From: Bacteroidia bacterium | Lineage (GTDB): Bacteria > Bacteroidota > Bacteroidia > UKL13-3 | Length of the DNA: 64,000 bases | Assembly (NCBI GenBank): GCA_041665785.1 | Contig: JBAYIE010000021.1 | Location: 3,727 to 67,726, forward strand | Direction: 5' to 3' | Shown here: positions 29,991-40,038 of the stretch, one piece after another | Numbering within the stretch: the stretch's first letter is position 1 | How the letters are laid out: each line of letters opens with the position of its first letter | Position numbers and translations under genes: made by a program | The notes under the pieces: model-generated | Told to the model about the DNA's origin: nothing | Databases searched by the model: none | What the model saw: the letters and a program-made list of their open reading frames with translations, nothing else

Positions 29991-30956
29991 ATGAAAAAAT
30001 TATTGAAGATCCTTGGAGTGATCATCGGACTGGCTGTGCTGGTGATCCTCGGATTCATGGCCTACATTGGCATCAGCGGAATTCCAAAGTATGAACCCGG
30101 CAAACTCGAGATGAAGGTGGAAGCAACACCCGAACGAATTGCACGGGGACAAAAAATTGCATCTGTCATGTGCATCGAATGCCATGCCAACGAGAATGGA
30201 ATTCTTACCGGTAAATTGCTCATTGATGTACCTCTTGAATTCGGTGCTATTTATTCGAGAAACATTACCCATGATCCGGAAATTGGAATCGGAAGTTGGA
30301 CGGATGGTGAATTGTATTATCTGTTAAGAACCGGAATCCGTAAAGATGGACAGTATATTCCACCTTATATGGTGAAATATCCGTTGGCATCTGATGAAGA
30401 TGTGAAGAGTATTATTGCCTGGTTACGGTCAGATGCCCATGGTGTGCAGGCTAGTCAGGAAGAAGCACCACCGGCAGAACCCTCTTTTTTAACTAAATTT
30501 CTGACGCATGTGGCATTCAAACCATTTGCATTGCCAACACAAGAAATAAAAATGCCGGACACCAGCGATAAGGTGGCCTTTGGCCGGTATTTGTCAACAG
30601 CATTGTTTCAGTGTTATCCATGTCATTCAGCTGACTTCAAGACCATGAATGAGCTGGAACCGGAAAAATCGGTTGGATATTTTGGTGGAGGAAATCCATT
30701 GTTGAACAAAGAACGCAAGGTGATTCATTCAGCTAATATCACACCGGATGAATCTGGAATCGGGGCATATTCAGAGGAGGAGTTTTTAACGGTTTTGAAG
30801 ACCGGTAAAAAGAGAGATGGTTCTCAGGTACGTTATCCTATGATACCCTATGCAGTGTTAACGGATGAGGAAATCAGAGCCATCTATGCTTACCTGCAAA
30901 CTGTTCCGAAAATTAAAAACGATATAAAAGCATTGGCTGCTGCTAACCTGGAATAA
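29991..30956 (+). CDS. membrane-anchored dihaem c-type cytochrome
   Basis: N-terminal TM helix and two CxxCH haem-binding motifs (CIECH, CYPCH). Confidence 0.75.
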   Translation: MKKLLKILGVIIGLAVLVILGFMAYIGISGIPKYEPGKLEMKVEATPERIARGQKIASVMCIECHANENGILTGKLLIDVPLEFGAIYSRNITHDPEIGIGSWTDGELYYLLRTGIRKDGQYIPPYMVKYPLASDEDVKSIIAWLRSDAHGVQASQEEAPPAEPSFLTKFLTHVAFKPFALPTQEIKMPDTSDKVAFGRYLSTALFQCYPCHSADFKTMNELEPEKSVGYFGGGNPLLNKERKVIHSANITPDESGIGAYSEEEFLTVLKTGKKRDGSQVRYPMIPYAVLTDEEIRAIYAYLQTVPKIKNDIKALAAANLE

Positions 30957-31002
30957 TCCAATGCTGTTGGTTTTCCAATAACTTTGTAACGGTAACCAAC
31001 GC

Positions 31003-33027
31003 ATGGAAAAATTCAACAACCGGCTTGTTCATGCATCAAGCCCCTATTTATTACAGCACGCCCACAATCCGGTCGATTGGCAGGAATGGAGTGAAGCGGC
31101 ATTTGAAGAAGCCCGTGCAAGAGATTGCATGGTGCTGATCAGTATCGGATATTCTGCCTGCCACTGGTGCCATGTTATGGAACGTGAATGTTTCGAAGAT
31201 GTGGAAGTTGCCGAGATGATGAACAAACATTTTGTTTGCATCAAAGTGGATCGGGAAGAGCGACCGGATGTAGATCAGGTTTATATGGATGCTGTTCAAC
31301 TGGTCGCCGGCAACGGAGGCTGGCCACTCAATTGTTTTACTTTGCCGGATGGACGTCCGTTATATGGTGGAACTTATTTTCCAAAACCGCAGTGGTTGCA
31401 GGTGTTGGATAACCTTTCCCAACTGTATGCTTCAAAAAAGGAAGAGGCTTTGCATTATGCTTCTAACCTGACCAAAGGTATTCAGCAAATGAATCTGATT
31501 GGTGAGAAGGAAAACACACTTACGTTCTCCTGGACGCAAATGCAATCCATCATGCATCAGTGGGCTGAATCATTGGATTTTGAATATGGGGGAATAAACC
31601 GGGCACCAAAATTTCCAATGCCTCTAAATTTGCAACTGTTACTGGATTATGGTGTGTATTCAGGTGAACATAAATTTACGGAAGCGGTACATATTACTTT
31701 GAACCGTATGGCAGATGGTGGCATCTACGATCAGGTAGGTGGTGGCTTTGCCCGATATTCTACTGATATTTTCTGGAAGGTTCCGCATTTTGAAAAAATG
31801 CTGTACGACAACGCTCAACTGCTTTCGCTCTATGCGCATGCGTATCAGCATCAGGCCAACCCACGCTATCTGGAAGTATTGGAAGATACTTTCGCTTTTT
31901 TAAAACGGGAGATGATGTCGGAAGATGGTTTGTTTTACTCCGCACTGGATGCCGACAGCGAAGGGCACGAAGGGCTGTTTTATATTTGGAGTAAGAACGA
32001 ATTGCGTACCATCCTGGGTGATGATGAGCCTGTATTTTCTATGTACTATGCTGTAGAAGAAAGCGGGAATTGGGAATTTAGCAGCAATATTTTGCACCGG
32101 GTGTTATCGGATAAACAAATGGTTGAGGCATGCGGATTGCCTCTGGATGAAATCCGGCAACGGATCCGCAGATGCAATGCTAAATTGTTGCAGAAACGTG
32201 AAAGCCGTATCCGGCCGGGACTCGATGATAAAATCATCACAGCCTGGAATGCATTAACCATTACCGGTTGCTGCGATGCTTTTAAGGCAACCGGTCGTGT
32301 CGAATTTCTGGAGGCAGCCGAAAGATGTGCGGATCAATTGTTGAAAAACCTCGAAGTACATGATACATGGTTTCGCATTTATAAAAATGGTAAAGCCAGT
32401 ATTCCGGCCTTTGCCGAAGATTATGCCTGTTTGTGCGAAGCCTTGATTTCACTGTTTGAAGTAACCGGTAAAGATTCTTATTTGAGTAAGGCAAAAGTGA
32501 TTATGTCGGTAGCCAATGAATTGTTTTTTCAATCGGACCCCGGTTTATTCGCCTTCAACTCGCGTTTGCAACTACAATTGGTTACACAAAAGTTCGCAAC
32601 GCACGATGATGTAATTGCTTCCTCCAACAGCATTTTCGCGAAGTGTTTGTTCAAGTTGGGATTCCTGATGGATGAAGAGATCTTTCACACACAGGTCAAA
32701 CAAATGAAACAGGTTATTCTGCCAACGATGTTAAAAATACCATCTGTATATGGAAATTGGTTGCAATTGTTTTTATGGGAGCATTTCGGTTGGTATCAGT
32801 TAACAGTTACAGGTACTGTTCATTTTCCCTTGTTCAGGAACTACTATCCAGGACTTATGATATTACCGGTTTTGGAAAATACTTCAGTCCCTGTTTTACG
32901 CGAAAAGAAATCAGCAGCCTATAACCAATACTTTCTGTGCAGGGACTTTACCTGCGAGTTACCGGTTAATGATCCGGAAAAGGCATTGCTTAAAATCAGG
33001 TATCAGGTTACAAATGAACCAACTTGA
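31003..33027 (+). CDS. yyaL: thioredoxin-domain protein of the YyaL/DUF255 family (N-terminal thioredoxin-like + six-hairpin glycosidase-like domain)
   Basis: 674 aa. N-terminus NRLVHASSPYLLQHAHNPVDWQEWSEAAFEEAR...SIGYSACHWCHVMERECFED is diagnostic of DUF255. Confidence 0.8.
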   Translation: MEKFNNRLVHASSPYLLQHAHNPVDWQEWSEAAFEEARARDCMVLISIGYSACHWCHVMERECFEDVEVAEMMNKHFVCIKVDREERPDVDQVYMDAVQLVAGNGGWPLNCFTLPDGRPLYGGTYFPKPQWLQVLDNLSQLYASKKEEALHYASNLTKGIQQMNLIGEKENTLTFSWTQMQSIMHQWAESLDFEYGGINRAPKFPMPLNLQLLLDYGVYSGEHKFTEAVHITLNRMADGGIYDQVGGGFARYSTDIFWKVPHFEKMLYDNAQLLSLYAHAYQHQANPRYLEVLEDTFAFLKREMMSEDGLFYSALDADSEGHEGLFYIWSKNELRTILGDDEPVFSMYYAVEESGNWEFSSNILHRVLSDKQMVEACGLPLDEIRQRIRRCNAKLLQKRESRIRPGLDDKIITAWNALTITGCCDAFKATGRVEFLEAAERCADQLLKNLEVHDTWFRIYKNGKASIPAFAEDYACLCEALISLFEVTGKDSYLSKAKVIMSVANELFFQSDPGLFAFNSRLQLQLVTQKFATHDDVIASSNSIFAKCLFKLGFLMDEEIFHTQVKQMKQVILPTMLKIPSVYGNWLQLFLWEHFGWYQLTVTGTVHFPLFRNYYPGLMILPVLENTSVPVLREKKSAAYNQYFLCRDFTCELPVNDPEKALLKIRYQVTNEPT

Positions 33028-33664
33028 ATTCAAGTTTCTTCGCCAGTGTTCGATAGTAAACATTGATATGTGCTTTCACCCGCGTAATGTCTTTATATTC
33101 CTGAAGCATATCGATCAGAAGAATATCGAATACACAACCTTCAACAAATTTGATTTCCTTACCAAAACCGCAAACACATAATGCATTTGTATCGCGCAAA
33201 AACTTTTTGATATGTCGCAGATCTGTATTCAGGGTATGGCATGTTCCGAAATGAATGATTTTATTGTGACAACGGGGCCCCAGAATTTTGGCAAAATCCT
33301 CAAGTGTTAAACTGTCGTTTCCTATTAAAATCTGATTGGGCTTACCGTGAAAGGCGATATAAAGAATACTGTAGTTTTTATACCTTCTGTGTTTCCATTG
33401 TTTCAGGTAGTATTCCAGATTTTCACGTGTTCCGCAATGACGGTGGATGTAGTTGATGTCTCTGTTCTTTTTCAAAAAAGTCAATACTTCCTGTACAGAG
33501 GTTTGCTGCTTGAGATTTTTACTCCAGTCGCCTTCCAGACAGAAAACTTCCTTATTATATGACTTAGCCAGTATCATCTTATTCCATGAACGTATTAAAA
33601 CTTTTGAATGCGTCGCCCTTTTGGTTTGGCGGGCAAAGATGAAGTATTCGGGAGAATATCCCAC
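33008..33664 (-). CDS. uncharacterised protein immediately downstream of ftsZ; caspase-like His-Gly / Cys-His pattern (speculative); alt start 33577
   Basis: 218 aa. Hydrophobic strand then HG (SILYIAFHG, H106) and hydrophobic strand then CH (IIHFGTCH, C142). Its 3' end overlaps the yyaL 3' end by 20 nt. Confidence 0.5.
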   Translation of the reverse strand: MGYSPEYFIFARQTKRATHSKVLIRSWNKMILAKSYNKEVFCLEGDWSKNLKQQTSVQEVLTFLKKNRDINYIHRHCGTRENLEYYLKQWKHRRYKNYSILYIAFHGKPNQILIGNDSLTLEDFAKILGPRCHNKIIHFGTCHTLNTDLRHIKKFLRDTNALCVCGFGKEIKFVEGCVFDILLIDMLQEYKDITRVKAHINVYYRTLAKKLEFKLVHL

Positions 33665-33714
33665 AAAAAAGGCCTACAATAATATTGTAAGCCTTTGATA
33701 TTCAGTTATTAAAC

Positions 33715-35328
33715 TTAGTCGACATTGTCGTGCAGGAAGGAGTTATTGGTCCTGATTCCTGTTTTTTGGGTATTGGGTTCCTCAAACAAACTCAGGCGTG
33801 AAACCTGGTTTTCAGAGGAATGCGGCACATCATTCAGCTTTTTATTTTTACGGATATAAGCTGGTTCTTTCTCCAGATCGCGAATGCCTCCCGGAGATTT
33901 GATATTCACATTCAGGTTCTTCAATTCTTTAAGTCGCTGAATATGTTTTTCAAAACGCATTTCCTGTTGTTCTACAGTGAGATTGTCTTCTTCGGAAGTA
34001 TGGTTCACCATTTCAAAATGGATTTGTTCTTCAATTACCTCATCCAAACTGTGTTCAATGGATTCTTTATTTTTAATATCATTCACACGGTTACGGATTT
34101 CTTCATCTTCTTCCAATTCCGATTGCATTTCTAGATGCGTTGTTTCTTCCTCAATGCGCAACTCAAACCGGATAGTTTCCTTTTCTGGAAAAGTTTCGGG
34201 TGGTATTTCATTTGACGGAATTTCGGAAACAGGGAGTTCATTCTGCGTCACTTTATTTTCCGGATTGATAATTACCATCTCATTGGGACGAGCTTGTTCG
34301 TATAGTACATGCTTCGTTTTCGGCTCGGCTGTATTGGATGAGGTATAGATGATTCTGTTTTCGCGGGTTTCAAATCCGGTTGCAATCAAGGTAACGGAAA
34401 GATTATCGCCTATGTTTTCATCAAACGATGTTCCCAGGATCATATCAGCAGTTAATCCTGCTTCCTCCTGAATATAATTGGAGATCTGATCGATTTCATC
34501 CATCAGTACTTCGGCATTACCGGAAGTGATATTGAGGAGAATATTTTTTGCTCCGCTGATTTGATTTTCGTTGAGGAGTGGTGAAGCCAGAGCAGCCTGA
34601 ACAGCACGAATTGCACGATTCTCTCCTTCAGCCATAGCAGATCCCATCAATGCTACACCGCTGTTTTGCATTACGGTTTTAACATCTTCAAAATCCACAT
34701 TGATATAACCAGGGAAAGTGATTATTTCTGCAATTCCTTTGGCTGCAATAGTCAGAATATCGTTGGCATGACTAAAGGCCTGGCGAATGGGAAGATTGCC
34801 ATACATTTCCTTGATCTTGTCGTTGTTAATTACCAGCAGGCAATCCACACTGCGCTTTAAGGTTTCTATTCCTTCATCGGCATGTGCTTTTCTCTTTTTA
34901 CCTTCAAAGGCGAAAGGAGTAGTGACAATACCAACCGTTAAAATATCCAACTCGCGTGCAGCTTTTGCAATGATTGGTGCGGCACCGGTACCGGTACCTC
35001 CGCCCATTCCGGCAGTTATAAATAACATCTTGGTATGTACACCAAAAATATCAATGATATCTTCAATGGCCTCCATGGCCGCTTTTTTTCCAACTTCCGG
35101 ATTTGCTCCGGCTCCAAGACCGGAAGTTAAACCGGAACCCAACTGAACTTTGTTGGGGATAGGACTGGCTTCAAGTGCCTGCAAATCGGTATTGCAAATC
35201 ACGAAGTCAACACCTTTGATGCCCTGGTTGAACATATGGTTCACGGCATTTCCGCCTCCGCCTCCTACTCCAAGTACCTTGATGATACTCGACCGGTCTT
35301 TGGGCAAATCAAATTTTAATGTGTTCAT
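33715..35328 (-). CDS. ftsZ: cell division GTPase FtsZ with unusually long acidic/low-complexity C-terminal extension
   Basis: GGGTGTG tubulin signature, VLGVGGGGGNAVNHM N-terminus. 537 aa. Confidence 0.95.
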   Translation of the reverse strand: MNTLKFDLPKDRSSIIKVLGVGGGGGNAVNHMFNQGIKGVDFVICNTDLQALEASPIPNKVQLGSGLTSGLGAGANPEVGKKAAMEAIEDIIDIFGVHTKMLFITAGMGGGTGTGAAPIIAKAARELDILTVGIVTTPFAFEGKKRKAHADEGIETLKRSVDCLLVINNDKIKEMYGNLPIRQAFSHANDILTIAAKGIAEIITFPGYINVDFEDVKTVMQNSGVALMGSAMAEGENRAIRAVQAALASPLLNENQISGAKNILLNITSGNAEVLMDEIDQISNYIQEEAGLTADMILGTSFDENIGDNLSVTLIATGFETRENRIIYTSSNTAEPKTKHVLYEQARPNEMVIINPENKVTQNELPVSEIPSNEIPPETFPEKETIRFELRIEEETTHLEMQSELEEDEEIRNRVNDIKNKESIEHSLDEVIEEQIHFEMVNHTSEEDNLTVEQQEMRFEKHIQRLKELKNLNVNIKSPGGIRDLEKEPAYIRKNKKLNDVPHSSENQVSRLSLFEEPNTQKTGIRTNNSFLHDNVD

Positions 35329-35378
35329 AACATTGGTTATTTAGTTATGGAAGGCCACCCGAAGGAAGCCGACTTTTG

Positions 35379-36686
35379 TTAAGAGAAATCCTTCATGTCT
35401 TCCTCGTCGTTGAGCCATGCGCGACTCTTTTCGAGAATTTTGGTTAAAAATCCGCCAGAACCTTTTTTTACATCTGCAGCAGGAGCGGCATCCGGTGTTG
35501 TAGCCGGTTCATTCGCAATGGCATTCAATCCTTTGATGACCAAACCTACTCCGGTAGCATACATCGGGCTCTTGATATCTTCGACAATGGACTTGGAAAT
35601 ATGTGTACTTGGATAACCGATTCGTGCATCCATACCGGTTACAAACTCAACCAGTTTATCGAGATGTTTTAATTGCGCCCCGCCTCCGGTAATGACGATC
35701 CCTGCATTTAATTTTTTATCAAGCCCCGACGATTTGATTTCAAACAAAACAGATTCAAATATTTCTTCAACACGAGCCTGTATAACTAATGCCAGATTAC
35801 GTACGGATACTTCTTTTGGAGGGCGGCCATGAAATCCGGGAATACAAACGATTTCATTTTCTTTGTTTTCGTCGGCCAGTGCAGAACCGAATTTTAATTT
35901 CAGCAATTCGGCCTGATTGCGCAATACCTGACATCCATCAACAATATCTTCAGTAATCACATTGCCACCAAATGGAATAACAGCGGTATGGCGGATGATT
36001 CCGTTTTTGAAGATAGCTACATCTGTTGTTCCACCGCCAATGTCAACCAAACAAACACCGGCTTCGAGTTCTTCCGGAGTTAAAACTGATTCAGAAGAAG
36101 AGAGTGGTTCGAGTATAAGATCGGCAACATCCAGACCAGCACGATTCACACTTTTATGGATATTCTTGATTGCGTCCAGATGGCCGGTAATGATGTGGAA
36201 ATTGGCTGATAGGCGCACACCGGTCATACCCACCGGATCCGGAACATCGCTGAAATCATCAACCTGGAATTCCTGAGGCAGTACATGAATGATTTCATCA
36301 CCGGCAGGAAGGGCCAGTTTATAGGTATCCTGTACCAAACGTTCTACATCCTCGCGTGTAATCTCCTCATCGTTGTTGGAACGACTGATCGAATTCCGGT
36401 GTTGTAAACTTTTGATATGCTGACCGGCAATGCCAACATGTACGGAGTTGATTTCAATTCTGAATTTTCCGTTCGTCATCGATTGCTTGGCCTTTTCAAC
36501 AGCTTCACGGATAGCCGTTACCGTCTTATCAATATTACGAACTTCGCCACGGATTACCCCGAGTGACTCAGCCCGGCCCATTCCCAGAATTTCAACTTTC
36601 CCATGCTCATTTTGTGTACCTACAATTGCACAAACCTTGGTGGTACCAATATCCAACCCAACAACTACATTTTTGATATTTTCCAT
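35379..36686 (-). CDS. ftsA: cell division protein FtsA (ORF extends to 36737; start MENIKNVVVGLDIG at 36686 fits 5 nt after ftsQ stop)
   Basis: Actin-like ATPase motifs (VGLDIGTTKVCAIVG, DIGGGTTDVAIF). Confidence 0.9.
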   Translation of the reverse strand: MENIKNVVVGLDIGTTKVCAIVGTQNEHGKVEILGMGRAESLGVIRGEVRNIDKTVTAIREAVEKAKQSMTNGKFRIEINSVHVGIAGQHIKSLQHRNSISRSNNDEEITREDVERLVQDTYKLALPAGDEIIHVLPQEFQVDDFSDVPDPVGMTGVRLSANFHIITGHLDAIKNIHKSVNRAGLDVADLILEPLSSSESVLTPEELEAGVCLVDIGGGTTDVAIFKNGIIRHTAVIPFGGNVITEDIVDGCQVLRNQAELLKLKFGSALADENKENEIVCIPGFHGRPPKEVSVRNLALVIQARVEEIFESVLFEIKSSGLDKKLNAGIVITGGGAQLKHLDKLVEFVTGMDARIGYPSTHISKSIVEDIKSPMYATGVGLVIKGLNAIANEPATTPDAAPAADVKKGSGGFLTKILEKSRAWLNDEEDMKDFS

Positions 36687-36690
36687 TACC

Positions 36691-37491
36691 TCAATTATTT
36701 TTTTTACAAACGATTTGTCCTTTATAGCGCACATCAATATCCGAGTACCTTTCCCAACCCAGTCGGTTTAGTGCTTCCCGGTAAAACAACATGAGTTTAT
36801 TGAACTTCGTTTCCATATCTGATGTGTTGCCAAAATGAATGGTGTGATTCCCGACTTTAGGAATCAAAACAAACTCACTTGCAGCATTAACAAATATCTG
36901 TTCGATCTGTGCCTTCCAGAAGGCATCTTTATCAACATATGTGGCTATCTTCAAAAGTTCCTGCCCAATGAATGATTGCAGGCTGTCGGAGGGGACACCC
37001 GGTTCATATATATTTCCGGTAGCAACCATCACACGTGCCGTAAACAAAGAGGATTCAGGCATTTTAACACCTGTACGATCCAGATAGAATGATTCTCCTT
37101 TTACGTTCAGAATACGCAAAATGGGCTCCCGTTGTACGATGTGGATATTTAAACCACCGTTCATATCAGTGAACACTTTTGCCTTTTTAGCGAAGCGATC
37201 TGTCCCCAGTTTCTTTTCCAGAGCATCAATATGCAATGCATGAATCAAGGTGCCGGGGATCTTTTTTTCATCTCCATCTTCCCGGATTACCCGCAAAACG
37301 CGATTGCGATCAATGAATTGCAATTCGTTTTCAGGTTCGATATGAATGCTGACGGATGTACATTTAATGGCTGTTTCCTGTTTGTGTACAAAGGATAAAC
37401 TAAGAACAAGTCCGCCAACGAGGAAAACCCACCCGATTACGATGAATACCTTTTTTGTTGTTTGCCAAAACCTGACTTTATCGAATGCCAT
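36691..37491 (-). CDS. ftsQ: cell division protein FtsQ (POTRA domain)
   Basis: 266 aa. N-terminal TM, POTRA-like region. Position between murC and ftsA. Confidence 0.8.
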   Translation of the reverse strand: MAFDKVRFWQTTKKVFIVIGWVFLVGGLVLSLSFVHKQETAIKCTSVSIHIEPENELQFIDRNRVLRVIREDGDEKKIPGTLIHALHIDALEKKLGTDRFAKKAKVFTDMNGGLNIHIVQREPILRILNVKGESFYLDRTGVKMPESSLFTARVMVATGNIYEPGVPSDSLQSFIGQELLKIATYVDKDAFWKAQIEQIFVNAASEFVLIPKVGNHTIHFGNTSDMETKFNKLMLFYREALNRLGWERYSDIDVRYKGQIVCKKNN

Positions 37492-38902
37492 TATAAGGAC
37501 GGGGGGTTAATGAATTCAATAATTGACGAAGGGGTTCAACCAATTGATCGATATCGCCCGCACCTACAGTTATCAGCACTTCCGGGTTTTTTTGTGCAAT
37601 GACTGAAAGGACATCTTCCCTGGCGCACAATGCTTTTTCAGGAGCAGAAATTTGTGTCAGTAACATGGCTGAACTTACCCCCGGAATAGGAAGTTCACGG
37701 GCAGGATAAATATCCAGCAACACAATATCATCTACAAGGCTAAGGCTTTTAGAAAAGCCTTCTGCAAAATCGCGTGTTCGGGAATATAAATGCGGTTGAA
37801 AAATGGCAGTAATTTTTCGTTCCGGATACATTTGTTTTACGGAAGAAAGAATGGCATTCAACTCTTCAGGATGATGCGCATAATCGTCGATAAATATTCT
37901 GTTTTGTTGTTGAATAATATATTCAAACCTACGCTTGACTCCTTTGAAAGTAGCCAGTCCGGTCCTTAATTCTTCCTCATTGATTCCTGCTTCCAGTGCT
38001 GCAACTGAAGCAGCAATGGCGTTCTCAACATTATGCAAACCCGGAATACCCAAATAAAGATTAGCGATTATTTTTTTCGCATAATGAAGATCAAAAAAGT
38101 ATTGATCCTTGCTAATCCGGATATTTTCTGCATGAGCATCTGCATTCTCATGCAAACTGTAGGTAAGAATCCGATGCGATGCATTTTTGAGTGACCGGAG
38201 TATTTTGCTCAATTCCAGTTCTTGCTTAATAATTAACAAATCCCTTACCTGCGATGCATAAGCTGCAAATGAATCCAGTAAAGCGCTGTGTTCACCATAG
38301 ATATCCAGGTGATCGGCATCGGTGGATGTGATGATGCCAATGGATGGATGCAAAGTCAGGAAGGATCTGTCGAATTCATCCGCTTCTACCACCATATATT
38401 GTTTCGATGGATCCAGATGGGCATTGCCGGTAAGGAGATTGGTTTGGTAATTGGTAGAAATGCCTCCGAGAAATGCAGCGCAACCCGTAGTACTTTGTTT
38501 TAACAAATGAGCAATCAATGTTGAAGTAGTAGTCTTGCCATGTGTTCCGGCAACTCCTATCGTACGATAAGCATCGGTTATCCATCCCAACACCTGCGAA
38601 CGTTTAAGGAGGGTAAAGGTGTGTTGCTGAAACCAAAGGAGTTCCTGATGATCTTTGGGAATGGCTGGTGTGTATATAACCAATGTGCTTTCGGGCATCA
38701 ATTGCAAGGATTCCAATTCGCTTCCCAGATCTGAATAATGTATTTCAATTCCTTCTTTGGACAATTCAAGCGTTAAGGGAGTTTGCGTTTTATCATAACC
38801 CATAACTTTTACACTACGCAAATGAAAATAACGGGCAATGGCACTCATACCGATTCCTCCGACACCCAAAAAGTAAACCAATTTTACAGTTGCTAAATTC
38901 AT
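37478..38902 (-). CDS. murC: UDP-N-acetylmuramate--L-alanine ligase
   Basis: VYFLGVGGIGMSAIA N-terminal motif, Mur ligase GTHGKTTT P-loop. Confidence 0.9.
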   Translation of the reverse strand: MNLATVKLVYFLGVGGIGMSAIARYFHLRSVKVMGYDKTQTPLTLELSKEGIEIHYSDLGSELESLQLMPESTLVIYTPAIPKDHQELLWFQQHTFTLLKRSQVLGWITDAYRTIGVAGTHGKTTTSTLIAHLLKQSTTGCAAFLGGISTNYQTNLLTGNAHLDPSKQYMVVEADEFDRSFLTLHPSIGIITSTDADHLDIYGEHSALLDSFAAYASQVRDLLIIKQELELSKILRSLKNASHRILTYSLHENADAHAENIRISKDQYFFDLHYAKKIIANLYLGIPGLHNVENAIAASVAALEAGINEEELRTGLATFKGVKRRFEYIIQQQNRIFIDDYAHHPEELNAILSSVKQMYPERKITAIFQPHLYSRTRDFAEGFSKSLSLVDDIVLLDIYPARELPIPGVSSAMLLTQISAPEKALCAREDVLSVIAQKNPEVLITVGAGDIDQLVEPLRQLLNSLTPRPYNGIR

Positions 38903-40038
38903 ATACTCGATTCATGGATAAGTTTGAGTACCTCTTTTTCAATTCTACCTGCTGCATCGGGCATTGCAAACATGGCAATATTATTACGCAGCTGCGCCTG
39001 GCGCATAGGGTTGTTCATCAGGCTGATCAACTCAGGAATTAAAGCTGACCTTGCATCCTGATCGCGAACCATCAATGCTGCCTGTTGCTCCACCAAAGCC
39101 ATTGCATTTTTGGTTTGATGATCTTCGGCTACATTGGGAGAAGGAACCAGGATAACCGGCTTTTTAACCTGAGCTATTTCAGCTATTCTCAATGCATCCG
39201 CTCTGGAAATGACCACATCTGCCGCAGCGTAAGCCAGGTGCATTTCATAAATAAACGATTGACAATTCACAGAACCTCCGGAATTGTTTTCTGAAATAAT
39301 AAGTGTTTTTACCGGATCTAATCGTTGCCGGTTAAAATTTAAACCTGTTTGCCAGATTACCTGAACATGTTGTTGATGAATTTCATTTATGCCATTCAAC
39401 ATGCTTTCGTTAATGGTTCGTGCACCAAGACTCCCTCCAATTACCAAAACGGTTTTCTTCGATGAGTCTAAACCGAAATGGGTATATGCTTCTTTTTTGA
39501 ATTGTTGAACATCAATTAAATCCTTGCGGATCGGATTTCCGGTTTTTACAATTTTACGTTCCGGAAAGAAACGTTCCATGCGATCATAAGCCACGCAAAT
39601 GGTATTTACACGGTTACGGAGAATTTTATTTGTAATTCCTGCATACGAATTTTGTTCGTGAATAAGGGTTGGAATATCACGCATGGTTGCGGCATACAGC
39701 AATGCACCACTGGCATAGCCACCAAAGCCAATAGCCACATCGGGTTTATATTCACGCAGGATTTGGAGTGATTTCCAAACACTGTGTATGACTTTTAAAG
39801 GGAATAAGAAATTCTTTGGTGAGAGACTTCGTTGCAATCCACTGATCCAAAGTCCGATGATTGGGAAGCCGGCTTTTGGAACTTTTTCCATTTCCATGCG
39901 ATCGCTGGCACCAACAAATAAAATTTCTGCATCGGGATGGCTTGAGCGAATAGCCTGTGCAACCGCAACGGCAGGGTATATATGACCTCCGGTACCACCA
40001 CCGCTGACTATAAATTTTAATTTTTTAGATGTGTTCAT
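38899..40038 (-). CDS. murG: UDP-N-acetylglucosamine--N-acetylmuramyl-(pentapeptide) pyrophosphoryl-undecaprenol N-acetylglucosamine transferase
   Basis: GGGTGGHIYPA motif. GT28 N- and C-terminal domains. Confidence 0.9.
   Translation of the reverse strand: MNTSKKLKFIVSGGGTGGHIYPAVAVAQAIRSSHPDAEILFVGASDRMEMEKVPKAGFPIIGLWISGLQRSLSPKNFLFPLKVIHSVWKSLQILREYKPDVAIGFGGYASGALLYAATMRDIPTLIHEQNSYAGITNKILRNRVNTICVAYDRMERFFPERKIVKTGNPIRKDLIDVQQFKKEAYTHFGLDSSKKTVLVIGGSLGARTINESMLNGINEIHQQHVQVIWQTGLNFNRQRLDPVKTLIISENNSGGSVNCQSFIYEMHLAYAAADVVISRADALRIAEIAQVKKPVILVPSPNVAEDHQTKNAMALVEQQAALMVRDQDARSALIPELISLMNNPMRQAQLRNNIAMFAMPDAAGRIEKEVLKLIHESSI

Noticed and set aside
33820-35344. Several 60-120 aa plus-strand ORFs inside ftsZ
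   Set aside because: All are antisense to ftsZ and low-complexity (Ser/Phe/Ile-rich), mirroring its acidic repeats.
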